Of a stretch of 41,391 bases of DNA, positions 9,068-17,695 are shown piece by piece; the first letter of the stretch is position 1, and each line of letters opens with the position of its first letter. The notes under the pieces are model-generated. The model saw only the letters and a program-made list of their open reading frames with translations, did not search any database and was not told the DNA's origin. Made by a program: the position numbers and the translations under genes. The DNA is from a virus. The DNA lies in IMG/VR virus record IMGVR_UViG_3300028666_000026, positions 64,001-105,391 of that record; one strand, written 5' to 3'.

Positions 9068-9249
9068 CCTTTCCCACGCTGAACCCGCTCGTGTGGCGGC
9101 CAGTGGGCGCTGGCCTCTGGCGACATCACGAAACGTTTGATGGCACGTACGACTGCGGTGATTTGGCTGACGTACTTGAGTTCCTGGACACCAAAGAAGA
9201 GAACGAACTGAGATACCGCGAGGCCGTAGAGCATGCCAAACATTCTTGA
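8971..9249 (+). other. Candidate -1 programmed frameshift extension of the tail chaperone (gpGT-like). Possible slippery site G_TTT_TTC at 9007-9013
   Basis: The -1 frame is open across the chaperone 3' end, ending with TGA at 9247-9249 (EPVAFPTLNPLVWRPVGAGLWRHHETFDGTYDCGDLADVLEFLDTKEENELRYREAVEHAKHS). Confidence 0.35.
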
Positions 9250-10879
9250 CGAGTATCTTGTAAAGCTGGGCGCTACTGTAGACGCGGCTGGGTTCGCACG
9301 CTTCCATCAGGCTCTACGCGAAGCTAACATGGCCGTGACCGCAAACGTCACTGACATGGCCAAGGCGCTGTTCAAGGCCCAGGCAGAGATAGTCGGTGGT
9401 TTTGCTGCCATTGGCGGCGCGGCGCTTGGACTGGCTGACAAAGTCGCAATGGCTGACCAGGAGTACAGACTTTTCGCCCTGCACATGTTCATGTCCAAGG
9501 ATGCGGCACGCAGTCTGAAGGTGGCCATGGACGCGCTTGGCCAGCCTCTGGAGAATTTGTGGTGGGACCCGGAGTTGGCGGCTCGTACGCGGCAGTTGAT
9601 CGCTGATCAAAAGGCGATGGCTCCGGACGGCGACTTTGAAGCCCAGATGCTTAAGATTCGCGATGTACGCTTCGAGTTCACGCGTATGGGTGTGGAAGCG
9701 CAGTATCTTGGCATGCACGTTATTCAGGACTTCATGAAGGCCCTGGGTATGGGCCCAGATGACTTATTGACCAAACTGCGCGAGTTCAACAACTGGGTCA
9801 CAACACATCTACCAGAGATATCAAGGTGGGTAGTCACCAACTTCCTGCCCATTTGGCGCGACGTTGAAATGATCTTCAAAGACATAGCCATTACAGTGCG
9901 CGACTTTGCGACATTGTTTGACAACGTCATTGCGCTGTTCAGCGGCGATGGTACTTTGAAGGGCGTGGCCACATTCGATAAGTTTGCGCGTTCGGTGGAG
10001 AAGGTTGTACACGCACTGGCCATGGTTGCAGATTTCTTGGTCAAGATAGAAGGTCTGATCACTGGAGCCATTGGCGGTGGCAGCTTAGGCGGCATGATAG
10101 GTTCCATTGCAGGCGGTATAGCTGGCATACCTGCGGGACCAGCTGGTATTGCTGCCGGCATAATTGGCGGCGGTGCTACGGGGACAGCCATTGGTGGTGG
10201 TATCGGCGCTGCTTCTGGCGGCGTATTTGACTTGCTCAGACATTACAAAGTCGGGCCTTGGGCCGACAACGGTCAGAGCAACGCTATTGCAGGATTGATG
10301 GGCGGACCTGCTGCTGACGGCGTCGACGCGAATGCTGTGGCACAGCAAGCTATACTGCTAGCACAGCAAGTCTCAGACAAGACTGGTGTACGTGCAGATT
10401 TGTTGTGGTCCCAGTGGGCGCATGAAACCGGCGGTTTCACACACATCGCTGCCGCAAATAATTTGGCTGGTATAAATGTTCCTGGTGGCAATGGTTCGCA
10501 GTATAGATCATTTAACTCTTTGAGTGATTTTGGTGACTACTACGCTGGTATGGTGTCACGTAATTTTCCTGACTTGAAACGCGCAACTAACGCAGATCAG
10601 TTTGCCAGTATTCTTAAAAATTCGGGTAGACTAGGCGCGTACTACACAGGCCCTGAAAGTGCCTATGCTGGCGGCATGTCTAGGTTTGACAATGCATACA
10701 ATAGTGCAGGTGGCGGCGATGTGCACATTGGTTCTATCGTTGTGCACATAGACAAACCTGGTGCGACCAACGAGCACGTCGGAGAAGTGATCGCAAATAA
10801 AATTCAGCAAACGCAGAGTAAGCGCGTTCAGCGAAACTTGGCCGAGTTCCAAGACTTGTCTTACGGCTATGGAGGCTAA
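9233..10879 (+). CDS. Tape measure protein with Gly-zipper hydrophobic core and a C-terminal FlgJ-like glucosaminidase (peptidoglycan hydrolase) domain
   Basis: Follows the chaperone gene. Contains the GAIGGGSLGGMIGSIAGGIAGIPAGPAGIAAGIIGGGATGTAIGGGIGAASGG segment. WSQWAHETGGF...NNLAGIN...YRSFNSLSDFGDYYAGMV...YYTGPESAYAGGM matches Glucosaminidase-domain motifs. Confidence 0.6.
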   Translation: MPNILDEYLVKLGATVDAAGFARFHQALREANMAVTANVTDMAKALFKAQAEIVGGFAAIGGAALGLADKVAMADQEYRLFALHMFMSKDAARSLKVAMDALGQPLENLWWDPELAARTRQLIADQKAMAPDGDFEAQMLKIRDVRFEFTRMGVEAQYLGMHVIQDFMKALGMGPDDLLTKLREFNNWVTTHLPEISRWVVTNFLPIWRDVEMIFKDIAITVRDFATLFDNVIALFSGDGTLKGVATFDKFARSVEKVVHALAMVADFLVKIEGLITGAIGGGSLGGMIGSIAGGIAGIPAGPAGIAAGIIGGGATGTAIGGGIGAASGGVFDLLRHYKVGPWADNGQSNAIAGLMGGPAADGVDANAVAQQAILLAQQVSDKTGVRADLLWSQWAHETGGFTHIAAANNLAGINVPGGNGSQYRSFNSLSDFGDYYAGMVSRNFPDLKRATNADQFASILKNSGRLGAYYTGPESAYAGGMSRFDNAYNSAGGGDVHIGSIVVHIDKPGATNEHVGEVIANKIQQTQSKRVQRNLAEFQDLSYGYGG

Positions 10880-10882
10880 GTA

Positions 10883-11746
10883 ATGGCTATTTGGCGTCCT
10901 CCTCAATGGCAACAACCGGCCATGGTATCCATCACTGTGCCAGCATCGTCGGCACAACAGGCTCAGTCTACCACGCAAACCGCTGTGGGTGCCAGCACAC
11001 CTACCAGTGTCAGTCTGGGCATGTCAAATGTGGCCACGCAGTCAGCTTCGGCGGCCACTCCACCAACTACATACGTGTTTGATGCTGTGCTGAAGTTAAG
11101 CCACGACCAACGGCTAGAGAAGACTCGGCACCCAGTACAGACCGGAGCCGACCTTAGTAGCCATGCGTATTTGATGCCGGCTCGACTCACAATGAGCATT
11201 GGCATGTCCGATGCCATGGACGCCTATGCAGCCAGCTACAGCAGCACGCAGCCGCCGTACATCACGCCGTTCACCGGCAACCCTTCCAAGAGTGTGGCCG
11301 CGTATCAGCAAATGTTATCATTTCAAGCGCAGCGTATACCGCTGACAGTCACAACTCGTTTGCGCACGTACACCAACATGTTGGTTGTTGGCGTTGAGCC
11401 GGAAGAAGATCATCGCACCATATCTGGACTACGTATGCGCGTAGAGCTGGAGCAGATCTTTACAGCCTCGATAGCTTCTGTACCAACGAGTACCAGAACC
11501 AATGATACAGCTAGTACTGGTCTTGGCGTGGTAAACCCTCAAACACCTGACGCAACTACCATCAATCAGTATGGCATAGACCAACTCAGTAGTCAGGTTG
11601 TTGATTTGACAGATACAACCTCTGTAGCGTCTAACAACATGGCTGACTGGTTGGATACAAATCCAGGTGGTGTGGATGTGCCTGGTGCTGGGCTGTTTTC
11701 TAGTGTGAATACCAACAATCTGCAACAGCTACCTGCGCCGGAGTAA
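10883..11746 (+). CDS. Tail/baseplate protein (287 aa; XkdP/Mu gp43-position protein)
   Basis: GGAGG SD. Positioned between the tape-measure and hub genes. Confidence 0.4.
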   Translation: MAIWRPPQWQQPAMVSITVPASSAQQAQSTTQTAVGASTPTSVSLGMSNVATQSASAATPPTTYVFDAVLKLSHDQRLEKTRHPVQTGADLSSHAYLMPARLTMSIGMSDAMDAYAASYSSTQPPYITPFTGNPSKSVAAYQQMLSFQAQRIPLTVTTRLRTYTNMLVVGVEPEEDHRTISGLRMRVELEQIFTASIASVPTSTRTNDTASTGLGVVNPQTPDATTINQYGIDQLSSQVVDLTDTTSVASNNMADWLDTNPGGVDVPGAGLFSSVNTNNLQQLPAPE

Positions 11747-11755
11747 GGTCGTTAA

Positions 11756-12091
11756 ATGGCCAACCAAACTATACCGCTTACCAATTCGCCCAATCAAACG
11801 TTCCAGATACAACTGGTGGTAAACGGCAATCCGTTGACACTTGCCATTGCACTGTCTTACTCTGAAATGGCTGGTCACTGGCAGATGCAGGTCATAGATG
11901 TCAACGGCAATGTGTTGATAGCCTCGGTGCCGTTGATAACTGGTTGGTACCCAGCGGCAAACATTTTGGCACAGTATCAGTATTTGAACATTGGCAGTGC
12001 GTACGTACTCAACACTGGCAATGCCACTACTGACTCGCCAGGTCCGAATAATCTCAACCAGTTCACACTGCTTTGGGGCGACAATGTCTAG
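11756..12091 (+). CDS. Small baseplate-associated protein (111 aa)
   Basis: Conserved small gene preceding the hub. Its stop overlaps the next start (ATGTCTAG). Confidence 0.4.
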   Translation: MANQTIPLTNSPNQTFQIQLVVNGNPLTLAIALSYSEMAGHWQMQVIDVNGNVLIASVPLITGWYPAANILAQYQYLNIGSAYVLNTGNATTDSPGPNNLNQFTLLWGDNV

Positions 12092-13136
12092 CACTTCCAA
12101 CATACCTCTGTGGGGCCAAGCATATGAGTTGACCGTAACCTACGCGCAGCCTAACAGCGAGCCCACGACGGTCACACTGTCTAGTAATGCTTGGGAGCCG
12201 GAAGCGCTGCGTATAAAGTTTGAAGTGTTGCAGAGCACGCTACCGTCGCCTTGGTGGTTTGCCGATATAACGGTGTATAACCTCAATAAACCAGAGCGTG
12301 CCAACGCATTGCAGTATGCAACCTGGGTAGAGTTAAAAGCTGGCTTCCAAACTGGACCATCCAAATCAACCATCATTTGGAACGGTCCGGTGATGCAGAC
12401 CATTCTTACTCGAGAAAATGTTGTGGACATTGGCATAACATTCCATTGCGTGGCCAATCCTTTTGCAATGGAAAGTATTATCAGCTTTTCTTCGGGGCCG
12501 TATAGTAGTCAAGCGCAACTGTTAGTACAAATGTCCAACGCAATAGGTTTGCCAGAGGTGTCTGCTACCAATGGTACGGTGGGACAGGCTGCATCAACGG
12601 CACTGGACGCTAAGAAGTATCTGCGTGGCAATACTGTGTTCGGTAAAATGGGTAAGTACATTTTGCAGATTGCCAACGATCAGTTTATGCAAACTTGGCG
12701 CGATGGACAAAAAGCGTACATAACCAACTTGAGCAACCCAGACCTCACTCCTTTTGTCACCTACAGTCCGCCGTACCCACCCGGCGTGCCTGTGCCGCCT
12801 CTTTCCGGAGACACTACGTTCAGTCTTATTGGCACGCCGCAGCAGACACCACAAGGCGTCATATTCACGGTACTACTGGACCCCAGGCTCAGCGTAGTGC
12901 TACCGCCAAAAGTGGTGCAGTTGAAGCGTACAGTAGTGAATGTTATAACAGTTTCGCCGGGCGGCGGCGTAGCTACGCCACTGAGTAGCGATTTGAAATT
13001 ATTGGTTTCGCAGGTTAGACATGTCGGCGATTCGCGCGGCAACGATTGGTATACAGAAGTGACTGGTGTGAGCACCACTTACGCACAAAGTATGTTGGAC
13101 GGCGTGTTCGGTGCTACAGCAGCTGGAGGTAACTAG
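12084..13136 (+). CDS. Baseplate hub protein (P2 gpD/Mu gp44-like), 350 aa
   Basis: Start at ATG 12084 overlaps the upstream stop (the ORF-track start at 11991 would overlap by 100 nt). Size and position match gpD-like late control/hub proteins. Confidence 0.5.
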   Translation: MSSTSNIPLWGQAYELTVTYAQPNSEPTTVTLSSNAWEPEALRIKFEVLQSTLPSPWWFADITVYNLNKPERANALQYATWVELKAGFQTGPSKSTIIWNGPVMQTILTRENVVDIGITFHCVANPFAMESIISFSSGPYSSQAQLLVQMSNAIGLPEVSATNGTVGQAASTALDAKKYLRGNTVFGKMGKYILQIANDQFMQTWRDGQKAYITNLSNPDLTPFVTYSPPYPPGVPVPPLSGDTTFSLIGTPQQTPQGVIFTVLLDPRLSVVLPPKVVQLKRTVVNVITVSPGGGVATPLSSDLKLLVSQVRHVGDSRGNDWYTEVTGVSTTYAQSMLDGVFGATAAGGN

Positions 13137-13862
13137 GTGTCTTCGACAACCACCGCGCTGCCGCCTTTCAGTCCTACGCAGGTGAACGCAGCCGAGAGCG
13201 CGCAGTGGCGTCAGATTGTAAGCCAGTCATTGACAGACGCACGCATGGCCGTACCAGCCTTCTTAGTGAAGGATATGGATGAGGCCACACAGACTGTCAG
13301 CGTGCAGATTGCCATCCAGGAACAGGTAAAGACGCCTGACAAGGGCGCACAGTGGTGGGATGTACCGCCTATAAATATGGTGCCCATCATAATTCCACGC
13401 GCTGGCGGCTTCTGTTTGACTTTGCCCATGCTGAAGGGCGTAGAAGGCTTGCTGATTTTCTGTGACAACTGTTTTGATTTTTGGTGGAAGTACGGACAAA
13501 ATAATGCGCCAACTGCTGCTAACATAGTTGCAGCCGCAAAGGCTGCAGGCACTACGCCGCAACCTAGCGGCAGTCAAATACAGCTGGAAGTGCGCAGGCA
13601 CCATGTGCATGATTGCGGCTTTCTGCCTGGTATGTACAGTCAGCCAAACATATTGCCCAACTACTCGCAAAATTCTGCTCAGTTGCGCACTGATGACGGC
13701 TCTGTCAGCATTGACCTATCACCGTCCGGTATTATCCTGACAGCGCCGTTGGTGCGGGTGACGGAGAACCTGGAAGTTGGCAACGGGGCCACCGGCAGCT
13801 TCACTACTCCTACAGGGCAGGTAGTTACTGTACAGGACGGGATCATAACCAACATTTACTGA
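13137..13862 (+). CDS. Baseplate spike protein (gpV/Mu gp45-like)
   Basis: GTG start directly after the upstream TAG. OB-fold-like N-part (VPAFLVKDMDEATQTVSVQ...VPIIIPRAGGFCLTLPMLKGVEGLLIFCD) typical of gpV/gp138-type spikes. Confidence 0.5.
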   Translation: MSSTTTALPPFSPTQVNAAESAQWRQIVSQSLTDARMAVPAFLVKDMDEATQTVSVQIAIQEQVKTPDKGAQWWDVPPINMVPIIIPRAGGFCLTLPMLKGVEGLLIFCDNCFDFWWKYGQNNAPTAANIVAAAKAAGTTPQPSGSQIQLEVRRHHVHDCGFLPGMYSQPNILPNYSQNSAQLRTDDGSVSIDLSPSGIILTAPLVRVTENLEVGNGATGSFTTPTGQVVTVQDGIITNIY

Positions 13863-13872
13863 GGGCCGCCAG

Positions 13873-14217
13873 ATGATTCCGCAGGGAACTTCGCTAGTCA
13901 ATGCTGCTTTCTTCACGGCGTCTGTAGACGCTGTAAATGCCGCGACATCTTGCGCAGCATTGAATGCGGCGTCCAGCGATGCCGTAGCCTCTCTAGAAGC
14001 TGAGATAACAACGGTCACGGCGCAAATATCATTGCTGGCTCCGTTAATTGTGTCTCCAACAGATTTGCCTTCGGTGCTGACTTGGATTGGCAGTGTTATA
14101 GCTCCCATGGTAACGACGCACACCAACTGTATCGCGCAGTTGGCAGAACTAAATACAAGGCTCACCACATTAACGGCTGCCATAGCAGCTAAGTCAGCTT
14201 CTTTGGGGTGCCCATAA
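13873..14217 (+). CDS. Hypothetical Ala/Thr-rich baseplate protein (114 aa; possible spike-tip or accessory)
   Basis: GAGGG SD. Sits between the spike and W-like genes. Confidence 0.4.
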   Translation: MIPQGTSLVNAAFFTASVDAVNAATSCAALNAASSDAVASLEAEITTVTAQISLLAPLIVSPTDLPSVLTWIGSVIAPMVTTHTNCIAQLAELNTRLTTLTAAIAAKSASLGCP

Positions 14218-14609
14218 TGGCCGCTGCACCTACCATTACGTATCTGCTGCTGGATGCGCAGTATGATCCGGTGTTCGAGCCACAAGTTTCGCTAACAAAT
14301 GCGCAAGCAGTAAGTCAGGCTATTTTGACTCGGCTGCGTTTATTTCTTGGTGAGTGGTGGGAAGATTTGAATTTAGGCTTGCCTGTCTTTCAGCAAATGC
14401 TGGGGCAGCCAGGCAACAATCGCGTACAAGCAGCCATGAATCTAGCTATTCAAAGGCAGATTGAGGGCGTGCCATATGTTACGCAGGTCAACAACATAAC
14501 ATCACAATTCACGGCTGGCAAGTTTTCCTTTACTGCATCTGTGCAGACTGCTTTCGGCGTGATAGTTGTGAACAACGTACCGGGCTTGCAGGCCAGTTTG
14601 GACACATAA
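14217..14609 (+). CDS. Baseplate wedge protein (gpW/gp25-like), 130 aa
   Basis: ATG at 14217 overlaps the upstream TAA (TAATG). LGEWWEDLNLGLPVF motif and a size of ~130 aa match W/gp25-like proteins. Lies upstream of the J-like gene. Confidence 0.45.
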   Translation: MAAAPTITYLLLDAQYDPVFEPQVSLTNAQAVSQAILTRLRLFLGEWWEDLNLGLPVFQQMLGQPGNNRVQAAMNLAIQRQIEGVPYVTQVNNITSQFTAGKFSFTASVQTAFGVIVVNNVPGLQASLDT

Positions 14610-14612
14610 GAT

Positions 14613-16037
14613 ATGTCAATTCCGCCTTACGCACCGGCCAGTGTCGGACCTGCAGGACTGCAAATCAGCACGTACCAATCAATTCTGCAGGACAATCTTC
14701 AGGCTTACCTCAACATATTTGGCGCTAATCAATACATAGCGCCAGACTCAGCAATTTATCAGTTACTCTCCATTCTCTCGTTGAAGCAGTCTGACTGCAA
14801 CCTTGGTCTGTTGCTGGCGTACAACCAGAGTAGTCCGCAGACAGCTGTCGGCGCTGGGCTGGATCGCACGGTGAAGTTGAATGGCTTGGCGCGTGCGCCG
14901 TTTACATACTCCATAGCAGTACTCACACTCGTTGGCGTGGCAACACCGCCCACGGTACTCAACAATTGCTTTGCCCAGGACAGCAATGGCAATTTGTGGG
15001 CTATCCCCAGTGGAACCACATTTGTTACAGGCACCATCAATGTAACGGCTACATGCACCACGCCTGGTAATGTCACAGCTGAACCGGGTGCAATCAACAT
15101 CGTAGCGACGCCCACGTTGGGTTGGACTAGTGTTATCAATATAGCACCAGCCACAGCCGGCAACCCGGTAGAGACTGACAGTCAGCTGCGCGCGCGTCAA
15201 TCTATCAGCGTTGCGCGGCCTTCGCTCACCACATTGCAGTCCACTATCGCCGATGTGCTAGCCGTCACCGGCGTGACTCGTATAAACCCTGGCACGCCCA
15301 CTCCAGGTGGACCTGGCACTTCCATTGAGAATCCTACTGGCGCTGTGGATTACTGGGGCAACCCACCGCACAGCATCAGCATGGTGGTGGAGGGCGGCGC
15401 TGATTTAGACGTAGCCACTGCTATCTACATCGCTCGTGGCATAGGCTGCTTTACTAATGGCACCACATCTGTGCCAGTGGTCGACGCCAATAGTGGTTAC
15501 ACAATGAATATCAGCTTCTTCAGACCGACCTATTTGCCGATCGCGGTGTTTCTCACGGTAATACCTCTGGCCGGTTACACGTCGGCAACCAAGACGGCCA
15601 TTCAATCGGGAATAGTGAATTACCTGAACAGCCTTTCCATCGGCGAGAATGTGGTGTACAGTGAATTGTATGGCGCGGCCCTTACGGCGCGGCCCAACCC
15701 CGATCAACCACTGTTCTCCATTACAGCTTTGACTAGCGGAGCATTGGCTGCGCAGCCCCAAGCCGCACTTGTTGGCGGCAACCCTGTAGTGACGGTAACC
15801 TCAGCCGCTGGCATTGCCGTAGGGCAGTTTGTGCGTGACGAAACCACGCCTGGACACTTCCCAGTTGGCACAACGGTGTCTAACGTGGCTGGCACTAGCA
15901 TTACACTTTCCAACGTTGCTGCGGTCACAGTGCCTGCCGACACGCTGTCTTTCTTCACCATGGGCAACACAGATATAACGGTGCCGTACACCAACGTCGC
16001 CAAAGGTGTGCCCAATGATGTGGTGGTGACGCCATGA
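14613..16037 (+). CDS. Baseplate J-like protein (P2 gpJ/Mu gp47/XkdT-like), 474 aa
   Basis: Size and position between the W-like and I-like genes. N-terminal MSIPPYAPASVGPAGLQISTYQSI... Confidence 0.5.
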   Translation: MSIPPYAPASVGPAGLQISTYQSILQDNLQAYLNIFGANQYIAPDSAIYQLLSILSLKQSDCNLGLLLAYNQSSPQTAVGAGLDRTVKLNGLARAPFTYSIAVLTLVGVATPPTVLNNCFAQDSNGNLWAIPSGTTFVTGTINVTATCTTPGNVTAEPGAINIVATPTLGWTSVINIAPATAGNPVETDSQLRARQSISVARPSLTTLQSTIADVLAVTGVTRINPGTPTPGGPGTSIENPTGAVDYWGNPPHSISMVVEGGADLDVATAIYIARGIGCFTNGTTSVPVVDANSGYTMNISFFRPTYLPIAVFLTVIPLAGYTSATKTAIQSGIVNYLNSLSIGENVVYSELYGAALTARPNPDQPLFSITALTSGALAAQPQAALVGGNPVVTVTSAAGIAVGQFVRDETTPGHFPVGTTVSNVAGTSITLSNVAAVTVPADTLSFFTMGNTDITVPYTNVAKGVPNDVVVTP

Positions 16038-16669
16038 TTCCCAATCCGGCTTACGGTGTAACCGGGTATGGACTAGGCGGTTATGGCAATCAGCCCATCG
16101 AATCTTTGCCACTTGGGTACTACCTAGCACTGCTGACCTCGGAGTACAGACAAAATTCACCGAAGCTGAACGCTTTGTTGTATGTGCTGCTTCGCAAATT
16201 TGATGATGTGACCACTTGTCTGGTGAAGCTGGACACGGCTCTGGATCTGGACAGCGCCATGGGAGCACAGCTAGATCAGATAGGCGAAGTAGTACAGGCT
16301 TTGCGCACAGTTGGCTTTCAGCCTAGCGGCGGTGTTAGTCCTGTGCTGGATGATGACACGTATCGGCTCTACATCAAGGCTAAGATAGCACGCAATCAAT
16401 GGAACGGCCAGATAGATAGTCTGTATACGATTTGGAAGCAATTGTTCCCTGCCGGCACGATTGTCATTGAGGATAATCAGAATATGTCAGTGAACATTTT
16501 GCTGACGGGTGCGTTTTCTTCCATCATCCAGGACCTGATAACCAATGGTTACATAATTCCCAGGCCGGAGGGCGTACTGTACAACTACATATTCGGTGTG
16601 CTACCGCTGTTTGGCTTCGATCAAGCGCCGGGATTCATAGACGGCTTCGACGTTGGTCACTGGGCCTGA
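16034..16669 (+). CDS. Tail protein I-like (P2 gpI/Mu gp48/XkdU, DUF2313-like), 211 aa
   Basis: ATGA overlap with the J-like gene. Conserved position and size. Confidence 0.5.
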   Translation: MIPNPAYGVTGYGLGGYGNQPIESLPLGYYLALLTSEYRQNSPKLNALLYVLLRKFDDVTTCLVKLDTALDLDSAMGAQLDQIGEVVQALRTVGFQPSGGVSPVLDDDTYRLYIKAKIARNQWNGQIDSLYTIWKQLFPAGTIVIEDNQNMSVNILLTGAFSSIIQDLITNGYIIPRPEGVLYNYIFGVLPLFGFDQAPGFIDGFDVGHWA

Positions 16670-16678
16670 GGAGGCTAG

Positions 16679-17245
16679 ATGTCATCAACTAACATGCAGC
16701 AGTGGAACCCCACTGCCACTAATCAAGAGTCTGACGCGGCGTACACAGCGGACTCACAACGAGCTGGCGGGGCCACAAACCCCTCCATCTTCGCGTCCAT
16801 ACTGGCCAACAAGGCGTTCTTCCAATTCAGCACTTACCTAACAGCGTTGTTTACAGCCTTTGCGAATAAAGGCTTCGCAACTAGCGATGCCTCGCTAGCT
16901 ACTCTGACCGCGCAGTGCGCTAATTTTCTTACCACGGCTGACGTTCATGCCGGTTTACAATACGTGCCATTTTCGCCGACGTTGGCGTTTGCGTGTGCCA
17001 GCTACGATGGGTTCCAGGTAACTCTTACTGGCAATCTTACGTTCTCACTGTCTTCGCCAAGTATCGGACAAAAGATAACGCTGGCATTCACGCAGGATGC
17101 TACTGGTGGTCGCACAGTCACCTGGCCTGGCAATGTTGTCGGCCATGGCACTATTGATGGCACCGCCAACGCAACTAGTCAGCAGCTATTTGAAGTGCTG
17201 AATGACAATCTGCTGCACCCACTCGGCGTAATGACGGTGAGCTAA
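16679..17245 (+). CDS. Tail fibre-associated protein (188 aa)
   Basis: GAGGAGG SD. Immediately downstream of the baseplate wedge genes. Confidence 0.4.
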   Translation: MSSTNMQQWNPTATNQESDAAYTADSQRAGGATNPSIFASILANKAFFQFSTYLTALFTAFANKGFATSDASLATLTAQCANFLTTADVHAGLQYVPFSPTLAFACASYDGFQVTLTGNLTFSLSSPSIGQKITLAFTQDATGGRTVTWPGNVVGHGTIDGTANATSQQLFEVLNDNLLHPLGVMTVS

Positions 17246-17247
17246 CC

Positions 17248-17646
17248 ATGGCTGGCGAGACTACGACACCGAACATTGGATTGCAGATACCGGCCTTCGA
17301 TCAAGCCAACTGGCAGGTTCCAACCAATTTCAATTGGGCATTGCTGGATAAGATTTTTGGCGGTGAGATTCAGGTTCCAGCGCTCAGCGTGATAACACTG
17401 ACGGCAGTAAACTTTGAATTGCCCAGCGTAATCGCCACCATAGCTACGGCGTTCACGGTTGAGTCCGGCACATTTGTGTCTGGGACCACCTACCAATTCA
17501 GCCACATACCGATTGTTATGTTTGGTGTGTACGTCAATGGCGTTTGGCAGCGACCGGGCGTGGATTACACGTCAGCTGGAAATCAAATCACGCTTGCTTA
17601 CACCTTGCTCAGCGGAGATACACTGTATGCGACTTACCTTCACTAA
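17248..17646 (+). CDS. Tail fibre N-terminal/collar-like protein with a C-terminal YVNG-PGVDYT module (132 aa)
   Basis: TPNIGLQIPAFDQANWQVPTNFNWALLDKIFGG resembles conserved tail-fibre N-termini. The C-terminal module is shared with the genes at 2994 and 5203. Confidence 0.45.
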   Translation: MAGETTTPNIGLQIPAFDQANWQVPTNFNWALLDKIFGGEIQVPALSVITLTAVNFELPSVIATIATAFTVESGTFVSGTTYQFSHIPIVMFGVYVNGVWQRPGVDYTSAGNQITLAYTLLSGDTLYATYLH

Positions 17647-17695
17647 AGCAATCCTGGCAGGGCTCTTGATAACGCTGAGTTGTGTAGCTGGTGCG
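17627..17695 (+). other. Predicted Sec signal peptide (cleavage after AGA)
   Basis: Basic n-region, 14-residue hydrophobic core, AXA site. Confidence 0.45.

Noticed and set aside
11991-12083. Upstream start of the hub gene in the ORF track
   Set aside because: ATG at 12084 overlaps the upstream stop (ATGTCTAG) and avoids a 100-nt overlap.
17459-17626. Upstream in-frame start for the 749-aa protein given by the ORF track
   Set aside because: It would overlap the preceding gene by 187 nt. The ATG at 17627 has a GGAGA SD and yields a canonical signal peptide.
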